Of a DNA stretch of 64,000 bases, positions 19,327 through 31,208 are shown piece after piece; position 1 is the first letter of the stretch, and every line of letters begins with the position of its first letter. The stretch covers positions 11,686 to 75,685 of the forward strand of contig PEWE01000033.1 in the NCBI GenBank assembly GCA_002779605.1. Direction: 5' to 3'. Origin of the DNA: Zetaproteobacteria bacterium CG06_land_8_20_14_3_00_59_53. GTDB lineage: Bacteria; Pseudomonadota; Zetaproteobacteria; Mariprofundales; Mariprofundaceae. A program made the position numbers and the translations under genes. The notes under the pieces are model-generated. The model saw only the letters and a list, made by a program, of their open reading frames with translations. It searched no databases and was not told the origin of the DNA.

Positions 19327-20382
19327 ATGCCCGCCCTTTTCCGCTGGATATTCGTCGGCTGCCTCGGACGCATCGGTGCCACGCTGGCCACGCTGGTCGC
19401 CATCTTCCTGATCGCCGAAGCCTTCGATAAAGCGCGCTACCTCGGCCACGGCCTCGACGGCAATATGCTGCTCGAATATCTGATTCTCAAGATCCCGTTC
19501 ATGATCAGCGAATTCATGCCGGTGGTCGTGCTGCTGGCCACCAGCATCATGCTGATCGAACTCTCCCGGCATCAGGAACTGGTTGCCATGCGTGCCGCAG
19601 GGCTCGGGGTGAACAAGGTGGTCGTGCCGCTGATGGCGGCTGCAGCGATCGTTGCGCTGGGTACCTTCGTGGTCAGCGAATGGGTCACCCCTGCCACCAA
19701 CCAGCGACTGGACAAGATCGAACGCGTGAACATCCATCATCTGCCCGACACCGCCAAAGGCATCCAGTGGCTGAAGGACGGGCAGCATTTCTTCCGCCTG
19801 CAGGCGCTGGGCAATAATGTGTTTCAACTGACCATGCTGAAAACCGATGCCCAGGGGCATTGGCTGGAACGACTCGAAGCGGACAGGGCCACCTATGCGA
19901 ACGGTACATGGCATATGGATCATGTGCACATCAGCCGACCGGGTGGCGACAATCTTAACCTGAGCAGCGAGAAACACCTGCAGGTCGCCGCATCCGTCGG
20001 TCCCGATACCGCCGATCCACCCGAGCCCCGGCACATGCGCTTCTTCGAGCTGATGCACTATGCGCAGAATCTGCAACGCGCAGGGCTGGCCGATGCCGGA
20101 TTCCGCTTCACCCTGCACCGCAAGATATCCGTGCCGCTTTCCTGCCTGATCATGGTGCTGCTGTCGGTCGCGCTGTGCATGCATCTGGGCGGCCGCCTCG
20201 GCACGGCCTCATGGGGCATCGTCGCAGCCATCGGCCTCGGCATCGGCTCCTATGTGATGGGAACAGCCACGCAGTTGCTCACCATGGCAGATTATCTTCC
20301 CGCCGGCTTCTCGGCATGGTTGCCGGACATGATGACTTTAGGCTTCGCCGGCTTCCTGCTGCTGCACCGCGAAGGCTACTAA
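19327..20382 (+). CDS. LptF/LptG-family (YjgP/YjgQ) LPS export permease
   Basis: 351 aa with a 3+3 TM layout around a periplasmic beta-jellyroll region. I cannot decide between F and G. Confidence 0.75.
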   Translation: MPALFRWIFVGCLGRIGATLATLVAIFLIAEAFDKARYLGHGLDGNMLLEYLILKIPFMISEFMPVVVLLATSIMLIELSRHQELVAMRAAGLGVNKVVVPLMAAAAIVALGTFVVSEWVTPATNQRLDKIERVNIHHLPDTAKGIQWLKDGQHFFRLQALGNNVFQLTMLKTDAQGHWLERLEADRATYANGTWHMDHVHISRPGGDNLNLSSEKHLQVAASVGPDTADPPEPRHMRFFELMHYAQNLQRAGLADAGFRFTLHRKISVPLSCLIMVLLSVALCMHLGGRLGTASWGIVAAIGLGIGSYVMGTATQLLTMADYLPAGFSAWLPDMMTLGFAGFLLLHREGY

Positions 20383-20444
20383 CCAGCCCCCTATCGTTCC
20401 GAGAGTGTTAAATCGGTCGTCAACAGCCATCATGTCTAAAAAAC

Positions 20445-20470
20445 AAAAAGGGGCGCAAACGCCCCTTTTT
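20445..20470. terminator. bidirectional rho-independent terminator between convergent genes
   Basis: AAAAA-GGGGCG-CAAA-CGCCCC-TTTTT. Confidence 0.8.
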
Positions 20471-20492
20471 AATCATTTGTGCAGTGTAACGC

Positions 20493-21266
20493 TCAGTCCA
20501 CCGAAGCCAGCAGGGTACGGAACTGCCCGTGCAGTTGCGGATTGGCGGCCAGCACATCGCCCTTGTTCAGATCCAGCGTGGCACCATCAAGACCGGTGAC
20601 CATGCCGCCGGCTTCCTGCACCAGCAGCGCACCGGCCGCGATATCCCATGAACACAGGCCTGCTTCCCAGTAGGCATCCAGACGTCCGGAAGCCACATAG
20701 GCCAGATCGAGGGCTGCGGAACCGCCACGGCGGAAGCCGCTGGTATCCCGGATACACACATCCAGACGGTTGCGGAAGATCGCGCCCTCCTCGCGACGGT
20801 ACGGCGGCAGGCCGGAAGCGAACACCGCATCGTGCAGCTTGCGGCAAGGGGAAACGCGCAGGCGACGGCGATTCAGGAAGGCGCCGTTGCCGTTCTGAGC
20901 CTCGAAGGTCTCGTTGCGCAGAGGATCGTGCACCACCGCCAGGAAGGGCTTGCCGCGCTTCCATGCGCCGATGGATACGGCGAAATGCGGATAGCCATGG
21001 ATGAAATTGGTGGTGCCATCGAGCGGATCGATATGCCAGACAATCTCGGCATCCGGGTTACGCACGCCGGATTCCTCGGCCACGATGCCATGACCCGGAT
21101 AATGCTTGAGGATCTCCTGGATGATCAGCCCTTCCGCCTTGCGGTCGGCCTCGGTCACAAAATCGCGATCCTGCTTTTCTTCAACAGCCATCCCCTCGCG
21201 GGAATCGAACATACGGGCCAGCAAATCACCGGCGCGTCTGGCTGCGCGCACTGCTACATATAACAA
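20493..21266 (-). CDS. suhB: inositol monophosphatase family protein
   Basis: Aligns by eye with E. coli SuhB (AVRAARRAG.L..., FVTEADRKAE, EESG, WHIDPLDGTTNF, GSAALDLAYVA). Confidence 0.9.
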   Translation of the reverse strand: MLYVAVRAARRAGDLLARMFDSREGMAVEEKQDRDFVTEADRKAEGLIIQEILKHYPGHGIVAEESGVRNPDAEIVWHIDPLDGTTNFIHGYPHFAVSIGAWKRGKPFLAVVHDPLRNETFEAQNGNGAFLNRRRLRVSPCRKLHDAVFASGLPPYRREEGAIFRNRLDVCIRDTSGFRRGGSAALDLAYVASGRLDAYWEAGLCSWDIAAGALLVQEAGGMVTGLDGATLDLNKGDVLAANPQLHGQFRTLLASVD

Positions 21267-21395
21267 ATTAATACTCCGGATTCTGCCCTGTCGGCTGGAT
21301 TCAAGCGGCGGCGAGTCTAGGTAAATTCGAGCAAAGTATCCATGTCCGACTTGCCGGGCGCCCTGCCCCGCCTGTTCGATGCCTCAGGCTGTGCT

Positions 21396-21956
21396 TTAAA
21401 CGCCACCAAGACTCACACCTGCAATCCACGGATGCAGGCTGAAAAGCAGTACATAGGCGATGATAGTGATCATAAGCGGTTTGATCTCGGCGGTAAGCGG
21501 CGCGGCTTCACTGACAGGCCTGGCCCCGCGACTATTGGCCGAAAGCATGTCCAGCACGGAATAGATCAGGAACGAGCAGAACAGGATCAACGAAGCAAGA
21601 TCGCCATTGGCCAGCAGGTGCCCGCCTGCCCAGAAACTGATTCCCCACATCATCGGATGAGCGGTCAGTCGCCTCACATTCGAGCCGGTGCGACGTCCGA
21701 TCAGCAGGTAGAGCGCAGGAAACATCAGAGCAGCCGTCACGATATGCGCCGACGCCGCAGGCTCATAGACCGGTACATACGGCACACCGCGCATGCCGAG
21801 CACGATCATCACGAATCCGCTCAGGGAAATGAGCGAGTAGATGCCCTTATAAGGTTTCTCGCCCAGCGCATTGATCACACGCAGACGTAGTGCCGGCAGC
21901 CAGGGTAGCGTGTGAACCAGCATAAAAACAGAGATGCCCACAATCAGCAGACTCAT
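21396..21956 (-). CDS. NnrU-family membrane protein
   Basis: 186 aa with about 5 TM segments. The N-terminus resembles NnrU-family proteins (recalled from memory). Confidence 0.55.
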   Translation of the reverse strand: MSLLIVGISVFMLVHTLPWLPALRLRVINALGEKPYKGIYSLISLSGFVMIVLGMRGVPYVPVYEPAASAHIVTAALMFPALYLLIGRRTGSNVRRLTAHPMMWGISFWAGGHLLANGDLASLILFCSFLIYSVLDMLSANSRGARPVSEAAPLTAEIKPLMITIIAYVLLFSLHPWIAGVSLGGV

Positions 21957-22011
21957 AAGGAATTCCTCAAATATTGGTATTCAGGGAAGCAGAAATCCGA
22001 AGAACAGATCC

Positions 22012-23664
<1,653 letters not shown>

Positions 23665-23822
23665 CGTCATCCCCTCGTCCGAATCCAATGGCGTTGCATA
23701 TTATCTGATGTTACCGCTGATTACTATTCATTGAGCATCAAGCCGGCTGCGAGCAGCATACCCGCGACTCATGTCTGTGCATGCAGCAGTATTGAGCGAC
23801 CCTCTAGCGAAGAGGAGAAACG

Positions 23823-24161
23823 ATGGAAGAAGCGATCTGTTTCAAGAAGACAGCGGCGACCATCACCGATGTGGGGATCATTGCCTTTGCTATCGGTGCC
23901 AATATTTATATCGCAAGCGTATTACCGGATCCGAAAATGGAGGCGCTGGCCGGCTCCGGATACTGGAACCTTGTCGTCATCGCCCTGTTTACAGTACTCT
24001 TCGTGCGTCTTTTCAGAATGCGGGAACTGGTCACCAACACCGATTTCGCAAAAAAATCATCCTGCATCACTGCTCAGCGCATCCCGCCATATCGACTACA
24101 AACAGTTGGACAGCATCCGGCTGAACAACAATCGCCGGTTGGTCTGCCTCGATACCCCTGA
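23823..24161 (+). CDS. small two-TM membrane protein, probably frameshifted at an A7 run (reading continues in another frame to 24321)
   Basis: AGGAG lies 6 nt before ATG 23823. Two TM helices. The region is lower in GC than its neighbours. See the finding on the A7 frameshift. Confidence 0.45.
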   Translation: MEEAICFKKTAATITDVGIIAFAIGANIYIASVLPDPKMEALAGSGYWNLVVIALFTVLFVRLFRMRELVTNTDFAKKSSCITAQRIPPYRLQTVGQHPAEQQSPVGLPRYP

Positions 24162-24349
24162 CAAGAGAGACCTCGAGTCCCATATCTTTTCAGCCGTCCC
24201 TGAGAAACAGGAAAAACTGAAAGAACTATTGATGCATCACGGGTTCAGAGAGAAAAAGCATGATGTTGCCGATGTGATCCTGATGCGCAGACCTTCATCA
24301 GGACAGAAAAGGAAACACTGAACCGTCCGATCGCTCAACCGTCGGGCAC

Positions 24350-27300
24350 TCAGTCACCCGCTGGCCCCACCTCGATCCAGGCATCCATCATGGGAAAATA
24401 CAGCGCGGTTTTCACAACTCGCTCAGGTTCGCGTGCGCTCAGCAGGGACGCATAGCGGGCAAGTTGCCCCCCATGCCGCTGCACCTCCATGTTCAGAAAC
24501 GCCTGCAGATCGCCACCCTGATGACTGGCTGTTTTGTAATCGACCACCCATCGAACCCCGTCACTGCCGATGAAGCTGCGATCGACGATATGATGGGAAA
24601 CCATGCCTTCATGCGTGCTGCTCAACATCCATTCGCAATGCGCATCGTCATGCAAGCCGGATAGCAGCCAGCGACCACGTTCGCTGGATAGCACCTTTTG
24701 CAAGGCTGCCTGAGTCCTTTGCACGGCATCTTCCAGCGAAGTGCCGGATAATCCGTCGGCCAGCAACATGCGCCGCGCCCGATCAAGCTCAACTGTCGAA
24801 TCGCCTTCACCCCAATGCTCAAGGCCGCGCTCGGCCACATGCTGCAATGCAGCATGTACCGCCTTACCGATGGGGGCGGCTTCCGGACCCGCCCACAGAT
24901 ATTCGCTTTCGGCATCTGCGGGAGATTCATCTGCATCAGGCATCGGCGGCAAAGTCTGCATGCGGGTCAACCGGGGACGATGGTATGCATCGACCGATCC
25001 GGTTTCTTCTATCATGTGCACCGAGGCGCCGAAGCATTCACCGGCGATTGCGTCCGGCAACAGCAGTCGAAGCAACGAGCCGGAACCTGCCTCCCCGCTC
25101 TTCTCCGAGACGTGCCCGAACAGATGAAGCGATGTTTCCGAACGCGTACACGCCACATAAAGAAGGCGCGACAACTCATTGTTTTCACGAACTTTTTCAA
25201 CGCTTCGAACCAACCCGTAAATAGTATCGCTGCTGCGCACCGCACCTCTTACCGCGATGAATGGTTGTATCCCGTCAGCCACCGGCACCTCGGTGAATGC
25301 GAGCAGTGGATCATCCCCCCTGCCGGTACCGCGACCCAGTCCCGGCAGAATGACCACATCCCATTGCAGACCCTTGGCACCGTGCATGGTGAGAAGCTCC
25401 ACACGCGCTGCGGCTTCCGTTGAGTCGGGAGCCGCATACAGCTTTTCCAGACGCTCATCGAGCAGATCGAAGCGCAACCAGCCGCCCTCGTCCATCTCCT
25501 CAACCAGCGAGAGCATGGCCTCGGTATTGCGCGATGCATCTTCACCGCTAAAACGCGGCATACCCAATCGCTCCCACGCATGCGTCAGCAAGGGACGTAG
25601 CTGTACCCGTCCGGCCATCTCAATACATACGCACAGTGCGGCCCTGAGATGCCCGACGCGCGCCTGTGCATCCTCGTCCAGTCGGGCGATGCAGGCCCCG
25701 TCGGCAAGAATTTCCGCAACCGGTCGTTGATCTCCGGAAAGCAGAGCATGCAGCGCGAGCGTATCCAGCCCGCAAAAAGGAGCGCGCAGCAGAGCCACCC
25801 ACGAAGCACGGTCCGCCGGATGCATCAGTGCATGCAGCAGCGCACGCATCAGGCGGATCTCAGGCCTGGCATGAAGTGGCAGAATACCAAGCGCGCGATA
25901 AGCAATACCCGCTTCCTGAAGCGCCTGCATGATGCCGTGCAGGTGTTTGCGCGAACGGGCCAGCACAGCGATGCGCTGGCTCTCGATCGTCAATTCGCGC
26001 TGCACGACCTCGAGCACGGCCCGCGCCTCTACCGCGACATCCTTGCCCTGCTGCACATGCAGATGCACGCCGCCGGCATGCGATAAGGCGGCCTTTGATT
26101 CTGCATAGCCCACGGCGGCCATCAGGATATCCGGCTGATCAGGAAAGATGCGGGAAAACGCACGATTCACCCAGCCCACGATATCCGGTGAGGAGCGGAA
26201 ATTGCGCACCAGCGGCAGTGCCTCAACCTGCGGCAGACCGGCCCGATTCAGCGCCGCCAGCAGAAACAGGCCCACCTCTGCCTTGCGAAAGCGGTAGATC
26301 GACTGCATCGGGTCGCCCACCATAAACAGTGTGCGATGGCTGCCGTCTCCCTCCTGCCAACCCTCGGTGAGGCTTCGCAACAGGCGCATCTGCAACATGG
26401 ATGTATCTTGAAACTCATCGACAAGGATGTGATGGATACGGTAGTCCAGCCTGAGCAGCAGATCGGTCGGATTGCCGTGTTCATCCTCCAGCGCACGCAT
26501 CGCACGCAGCGCGATCTCGATGAAGTCAGCCTCGCCGCGCTGCTCGAACAACTTCTGCAACTGGGCATTGGCCAGAAGAAGCAGGGAGAGCTGTCCCTCC
26601 AGCACCTGCCATTGCCCATCGTCGAAACGCGGCTCGGGCGGCAAGTCTCTCAACTCGTGCAAGCGCGCAGCCAAGCCGTTGATGCAGGAAAGGATCTCCA
26701 GCATCTGCTGGAACTGCTGTTTGCTTTCCAGGAATGCCTTGTCCGGCGGAAACCCGGCGTTCTTGTCCACCCGCTTGCGGAACGCGGCATCGCTTTTGGT
26801 CAGTAAAAAATCGGCAATGCGCTGCCATGTGGTGATGGCCTGCACATCGGCATCCGGCCATGCATCGATCCCGCCAAGCACCGGGTCTTGAAGATTCATC
26901 CCTGCGACCTGCATCAGGGGCGGCAGAGCACCGCGCACCTCGATCGGGATCATAGCAGCACAGGAATCCAGCTTCTGCGCCATGATGCCGGACAACCCCT
27001 GCTCCAGCATGGCACGCAAGCCTGATGGGTCGCCGGCATGCAGTTGCACCTCACGCAACCACTGGTCACGCTTGCCGAGCATATCGGCCAGCAAGCCGAT
27101 CAGGGCCACCATATTGTGATCCTGATGCAGCAACACAGCCTGTGCTTTGTTTGCACTGCGCTTCATCAACGTTGCCACGGCCGATTCGGCGGCTTCCCTG
27201 TAAAGCGGCATCACATGCGTGCTCGGAGAGGGCATATCGCCCAGACCCGATAGCAAAGGGAGCTGGCGCGCCAGCGCATGCGTGAAGCTGTCCAGCGTCA

Positions 27301-27631
27301 TCATACGCAAGCGAGACGGGTGATCGGCCAGATGCCAGCCACGTGCTTGCGAGCGGGCATTGGCTTCGCATGCCAGAAGCCAGGTGTCCATGCGATGCGA
27401 ATCCGGATCCTGCGGCCTGGGCATATTCAGTGCATCAACAACACGGCCACGCATTTCCGCCGCAGCTTTGCGGGTGAAGGTCAGGGCGAGGATCTCCTCC
27501 GGCTCGTCCACCACAGAAAGCAGCTTCAGGATGCGCCGTGTGAGCAGTTCGGTTTTCCCCGAACCGGCCGGTGCCTGCACCAGATAGGAGCCTGCGGGAT
27601 CGATCGCTACAGCGCGGACCTCGACACTCAC
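24350..27631 (-). CDS. addA: UvrD-type helicase / PD-(D/E)XK nuclease, AddA-like double-strand-break repair subunit
   Basis: N-terminal Walker A (APAGSGKTELLTRRIL), UvrD helicase motifs, C-terminal RecB-like nuclease (...VDYKT...). Confidence 0.85.
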   Translation of the reverse strand: MSVEVRAVAIDPAGSYLVQAPAGSGKTELLTRRILKLLSVVDEPEEILALTFTRKAAAEMRGRVVDALNMPRPQDPDSHRMDTWLLACEANARSQARGWHLADHPSRLRMMTLDSFTHALARQLPLLSGLGDMPSPSTHVMPLYREAAESAVATLMKRSANKAQAVLLHQDHNMVALIGLLADMLGKRDQWLREVQLHAGDPSGLRAMLEQGLSGIMAQKLDSCAAMIPIEVRGALPPLMQVAGMNLQDPVLGGIDAWPDADVQAITTWQRIADFLLTKSDAAFRKRVDKNAGFPPDKAFLESKQQFQQMLEILSCINGLAARLHELRDLPPEPRFDDGQWQVLEGQLSLLLLANAQLQKLFEQRGEADFIEIALRAMRALEDEHGNPTDLLLRLDYRIHHILVDEFQDTSMLQMRLLRSLTEGWQEGDGSHRTLFMVGDPMQSIYRFRKAEVGLFLLAALNRAGLPQVEALPLVRNFRSSPDIVGWVNRAFSRIFPDQPDILMAAVGYAESKAALSHAGGVHLHVQQGKDVAVEARAVLEVVQRELTIESQRIAVLARSRKHLHGIMQALQEAGIAYRALGILPLHARPEIRLMRALLHALMHPADRASWVALLRAPFCGLDTLALHALLSGDQRPVAEILADGACIARLDEDAQARVGHLRAALCVCIEMAGRVQLRPLLTHAWERLGMPRFSGEDASRNTEAMLSLVEEMDEGGWLRFDLLDERLEKLYAAPDSTEAAARVELLTMHGAKGLQWDVVILPGLGRGTGRGDDPLLAFTEVPVADGIQPFIAVRGAVRSSDTIYGLVRSVEKVRENNELSRLLYVACTRSETSLHLFGHVSEKSGEAGSGSLLRLLLPDAIAGECFGASVHMIEETGSVDAYHRPRLTRMQTLPPMPDADESPADAESEYLWAGPEAAPIGKAVHAALQHVAERGLEHWGEGDSTVELDRARRMLLADGLSGTSLEDAVQRTQAALQKVLSSERGRWLLSGLHDDAHCEWMLSSTHEGMVSHHIVDRSFIGSDGVRWVVDYKTASHQGGDLQAFLNMEVQRHGGQLARYASLLSAREPERVVKTALYFPMMDAWIEVGPAGD

Positions 27632-30303
27632 GCCCCCTCCTCCTCGTCCATCTCATCATCCGGAAATCCGATCTCATCGATGCGGCAAACCGCTTCCAGC
27701 CCGCAATACTGGCAGGCCGACGCATCACGCGGCATCACCTCGGAGCGCCCGGAAACAAACTCGCCGGCCAGCGCATTGATGCGCTGCCGCCAGACAGCCA
27801 GCAGTGCAGGCCAGTCCTCCGCCTGCTCATCGCTGCCCTTATACACCGAGATACCCCTGATACCGGTATCGTTGCCGCACAGTCCCTCGAAACCCATCTC
27901 GCCACTGCGCACGCGGGCAAAGCAGACGGCATCATCCTCGCCCAGATCCTCGGCCATGCTGTACAGCGGCAGTTGAGGTTCACGCATGCGCTCACCCGTC
28001 CACTGGCCGATGCTCTGTTTTCTGCCGGTCTTGTAGTCGATCAGCAGCTTCCGCCCTTCGCTGTTGCGTTCGATACGGTCGGCTTTCAGACGCACCGGAA
28101 ACGACACGCTCCCACCCTCGGGAAGCTGCAACTGATAAGGCTTCTCACAGCTTTCCACGAAGAACGGCGGACGCTCTTTCTCCAGTTGCAGCCACTCTGC
28201 CAGCACGCGGCGCATGCGTTCGCTCTCGAAGGTGCGCAGCGCATCCGGCATGGGTGAACGCAGTTCAGCAAACGCATGCACAATCGATGCTTCGATCAGT
28301 GCCGAAAGTTCGGCTTCTTCCAATGCCAGCAAAACCGGCTGCGAGGCGATATGTGTCCAGATATATTCCAGCGCAAGATGAATCAGCGAACCCTTGGCTG
28401 CGGCATCGATGCCGGGTTGCGGTGTATCCAGCGGCGCCAGCCCCAGCCTGTGCATCGCGAAGGCGCGGAAGGCACAGGCTGATTGATGCTTCACGATGCC
28501 GGAACCTCCTTCCACCTTCTCGTCGGCACGCATGGGGACATCCGGGGCATCGTTGAATGTCTCGGTATCGATCCGCTCTGTTATTGCCGTTTCAATCATA
28601 TCGGGAAGCGCAGCGAAGCCTGCAAGCAGCGGTGAGGCATTGAGTTCCTGCGCATCGCGATTGCGGGCGAAACTTGCGAATACGCGCGGAGCCGCCTGCA
28701 AGACCTGACACCACTGGAAGGCCGACTCGGCGAAAGCAGATGCAGCCGTGGCGCATGGCAAACCGTGCTCTCGCTGCACGGAAAACGGCAGAAGCGCGGC
28801 TGTCTGTACCGGCAAAGGCAGCGCCTCGTCATCGATGCCGACCGCAAACACGGCATCGAAACGCAAGCCGCACATCTGCGGCAGGGATAGCACCTGAACC
28901 TGCGGCCGGATGGCCGGCTGATTGAGTTGCGCTGCATGACTGGCCGCGGAAAGCAGCGACAGGAAACGGGACCATTCCATCGGCGGACTAACCGCATCGG
29001 CGGCGACCAAAGATACAAGACACTCGCGGAATGCATTGAGCTGACGGATCTCCGTGTTGCTTCGCGACACCGCATTCTCGTTCCCTTCGCTGTCGGCACG
29101 CAGATACCCGGTGGCCTGCAAGAAGCCGTGAACGGCATTCACCCACTCGCCCGCCGAACGCGGTGAAACATCCCAGCGCAGCATGAGCCTGAAGATCTCC
29201 GCAAGTTGCGGGGTATCGCTCAAAATTCCCGCAGACAGCAGCGATTTGAACCCGACATAATGCCTGCCTGTCGCACGCAACAAGGCATCGAGGGCGGCGC
29301 GTGCCTGCCGCTCGGCACCAAAGCCCCTGATGCCGGGCGAAAACAACAAGGGGGAAACATCTGTAAACGGCGCTCCGGGTTTACCCGCCAGTTGCAGCAG
29401 GCGGAGCATCTGGCGGACGATGGGTGCAGACGACAAGGCATCCCCGGCCATCAGCACCGACTGCATACCATCTGCAAGCCGGGTGCGTGGCGTAAGCTGC
29501 GTATCAAGATTGCGTCGCAATGCGGACACATCGCTCACCTGTCTGCTGATCGCCACCCCGATTCGCGCCTGCGGCTCGTTATGCAGCATATCCGCGATGC
29601 ATCGCGCCACATGCCGGTATTCGGCCTCCGCATCCATGCAGGCTGTGAGTTCGATTTGCGCGGAAATATGTTCCAACCCCACCTGTCCGAAGCATACCCC
29701 GCTGTCCCGCAGTGCGCCGAAAACTGCCTGCTGTATCGGCGTGAAATCGTAGAAGCCGTCGAGCAATATACGCTTGTGACCTACCAGACCGGGGATGCCG
29801 GGGAGTAACAATCCGGGCACATCGGCTGACAGTATCCGCCCCATCGCGGCAAGTTCGCGCTGCATGGCGGCAATCCAGCGGAGCAGCGCATCGGCTTCCT
29901 CGCCGTGCCCGGCGAGTTCTTCTGCCTTGATGCCATATGTCTGCATCAACGACCAAGCCTGAGTGGCATGTCGGGCAAGGCCGCGCACCGGAGCATCGGC
30001 AACCAATGATCTATCTGAACCGATCACCCGTTCCCAAAGCAACAATTCCTGCAATTCGCCGAGCGCGACAGGCAACTCCGGCATATCACCGGCCAGGGTT
30101 GCGACCCATGACTTCCATGCAAAAACCTCAGGTGTCGGGCAAACGCCGGAAGCGGCGGCAAGCACAAGCCTGCGCTTCCAGTCCGTGGCCAGTTGGGAAG
30201 AGGCTGCAAGCAGCAGTGCATCGCCGCTCAACACCGCCTTTGTCGCATCAGCTTCACGAACAACCGGAGTGCTGTTTTTTGAGAATGTGAAAAGATCAGG
30301 CAT
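27628..30303 (-). CDS. addB: AddB-like PD-(D/E)XK nuclease subunit with a C-terminal Fe-S cysteine cluster
   Basis: IDYKTG nuclease motif and CQYCGLEAVC near the C-terminus. Start set to ATG 30303 (MPDLFTF...) to avoid overlapping the upstream ORF. Stop/start overlap with addA. Confidence 0.8.
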   Translation of the reverse strand: MPDLFTFSKNSTPVVREADATKAVLSGDALLLAASSQLATDWKRRLVLAAASGVCPTPEVFAWKSWVATLAGDMPELPVALGELQELLLWERVIGSDRSLVADAPVRGLARHATQAWSLMQTYGIKAEELAGHGEEADALLRWIAAMQRELAAMGRILSADVPGLLLPGIPGLVGHKRILLDGFYDFTPIQQAVFGALRDSGVCFGQVGLEHISAQIELTACMDAEAEYRHVARCIADMLHNEPQARIGVAISRQVSDVSALRRNLDTQLTPRTRLADGMQSVLMAGDALSSAPIVRQMLRLLQLAGKPGAPFTDVSPLLFSPGIRGFGAERQARAALDALLRATGRHYVGFKSLLSAGILSDTPQLAEIFRLMLRWDVSPRSAGEWVNAVHGFLQATGYLRADSEGNENAVSRSNTEIRQLNAFRECLVSLVAADAVSPPMEWSRFLSLLSAASHAAQLNQPAIRPQVQVLSLPQMCGLRFDAVFAVGIDDEALPLPVQTAALLPFSVQREHGLPCATAASAFAESAFQWCQVLQAAPRVFASFARNRDAQELNASPLLAGFAALPDMIETAITERIDTETFNDAPDVPMRADEKVEGGSGIVKHQSACAFRAFAMHRLGLAPLDTPQPGIDAAAKGSLIHLALEYIWTHIASQPVLLALEEAELSALIEASIVHAFAELRSPMPDALRTFESERMRRVLAEWLQLEKERPPFFVESCEKPYQLQLPEGGSVSFPVRLKADRIERNSEGRKLLIDYKTGRKQSIGQWTGERMREPQLPLYSMAEDLGEDDAVCFARVRSGEMGFEGLCGNDTGIRGISVYKGSDEQAEDWPALLAVWRQRINALAGEFVSGRSEVMPRDASACQYCGLEAVCRIDEIGFPDDEMDEEEGA

Positions 30304-30317
30304 GAATGACGCCTGCG

Positions 30318-30644
30318 TCAGGGTTTGGAGTAATGCCCGGGCACGATATGACCCTGCGCATCGATATGCGCCGGCACATACGCCCCCTGCTGATGCACCG
30401 GTTCGCCCAGTCGCATCCATACAAGGATTGCACATACCACCCCGACAAGCACGGCAAAAGCGATGAACCTGCGCGAAGCAGGTTCCGGTTTCCCGGGCGT
30501 TATATCGATCACCTTTTCGTCCCTGCTATTGCGCGCCCGCCGGAAAGCCAGCCAGATACGCAGCAGCAGCGTCAGATGGCGCAGCGCGAACATCAGGATG
30601 ACCGGCGCGAAGAAGAAAAACAGGGTGACGAGGAAGAATCTCAT
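30318..30644 (-). CDS. hypothetical two-TM membrane protein
   Basis: 108 aa (MRFFLVTLFFFFAPVILMFAL..., ...FIAFAVLVGVVCAILVW...). ATGA overlap with the DUF1841 gene stop. Confidence 0.55.
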   Translation of the reverse strand: MRFFLVTLFFFFAPVILMFALRHLTLLLRIWLAFRRARNSRDEKVIDITPGKPEPASRRFIAFAVLVGVVCAILVWMRLGEPVHQQGAYVPAHIDAQGHIVPGHYSKP

Positions 30645-31102
30645 GACTGCATCAGTCTCTTCACGCCCGCCGCATAGGCCGGCACATCGGGTTCCCCGCC
30701 CTTACGCTGAGCGAAATACACCGTCTCGGCCAGCACCTCGAGGATGGCATGCAGCGCGTCGTGCCGCTCCAAACCCTTGCGGGTCATCAGGAACTCAAGG
30801 CAGTTCGCCACCTCCGGCGGCTGGCGGATGGCCACCTGCTCCTCAAGCGCCAGATGCAGCGAGAGATGAAGATACGGATTCATGCCGTTATCAACTTCAA
30901 AATCCCGATCAAGGAAATCTTCCAGATCATTGAAATAATGGTGATATTCCGGATGTAGCGCGATCACCCTGGCGATGCGCACCTGCAACGCATCCAGCGG
31001 CAGATCGGCCTGCGCCTTCTGCCATGCATCCCAGAAAATCTGCCGGTGGGCACGCAGCTGTTCGCGATCCGGCCTGCCGGCTGTGGATGATTGGTCGTTC
31101 AA
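30641..31102 (-). CDS. DUF1841-family protein
   Basis: FWDAWQKA...HPEYHHYF...NPYLHLSLHLALEEQV pattern of DUF1841. TTG 31102 has GGGGAG 6 nt upstream. The track ORF extends to 31189. Confidence 0.7.
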   Translation of the reverse strand: MNDQSSTAGRPDREQLRAHRQIFWDAWQKAQADLPLDALQVRIARVIALHPEYHHYFNDLEDFLDRDFEVDNGMNPYLHLSLHLALEEQVAIRQPPEVANCLEFLMTRKGLERHDALHAILEVLAETVYFAQRKGGEPDVPAYAAGVKRLMQS

Positions 31103-31208
31103 ATCGGACTCCCCTGTGTGCTCGTTATCATCCGCAAAGGTTAATCGTGACGGCGGACAATTGCACTTGCCGCTTGCCCCCCGATGCACAACACAACAGC
31201 CTCAAGCC

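Noticed and set aside
19126-20184. 352-aa ORF on the minus strand
   Set aside because: It is antisense to the LptF/G-family permease, whose TM pattern is convincing. The ORF has no SD or motif support.
30304-30435. N-terminal 44-codon extension of addB in the track ORF
   Set aside because: It would overlap the upstream 108-aa gene by more than 100 nt and is Cys/Gly/Ala/Arg-rich. ATG 30303 (MPDLFTF...) gives a clean 14-nt intergenic gap.
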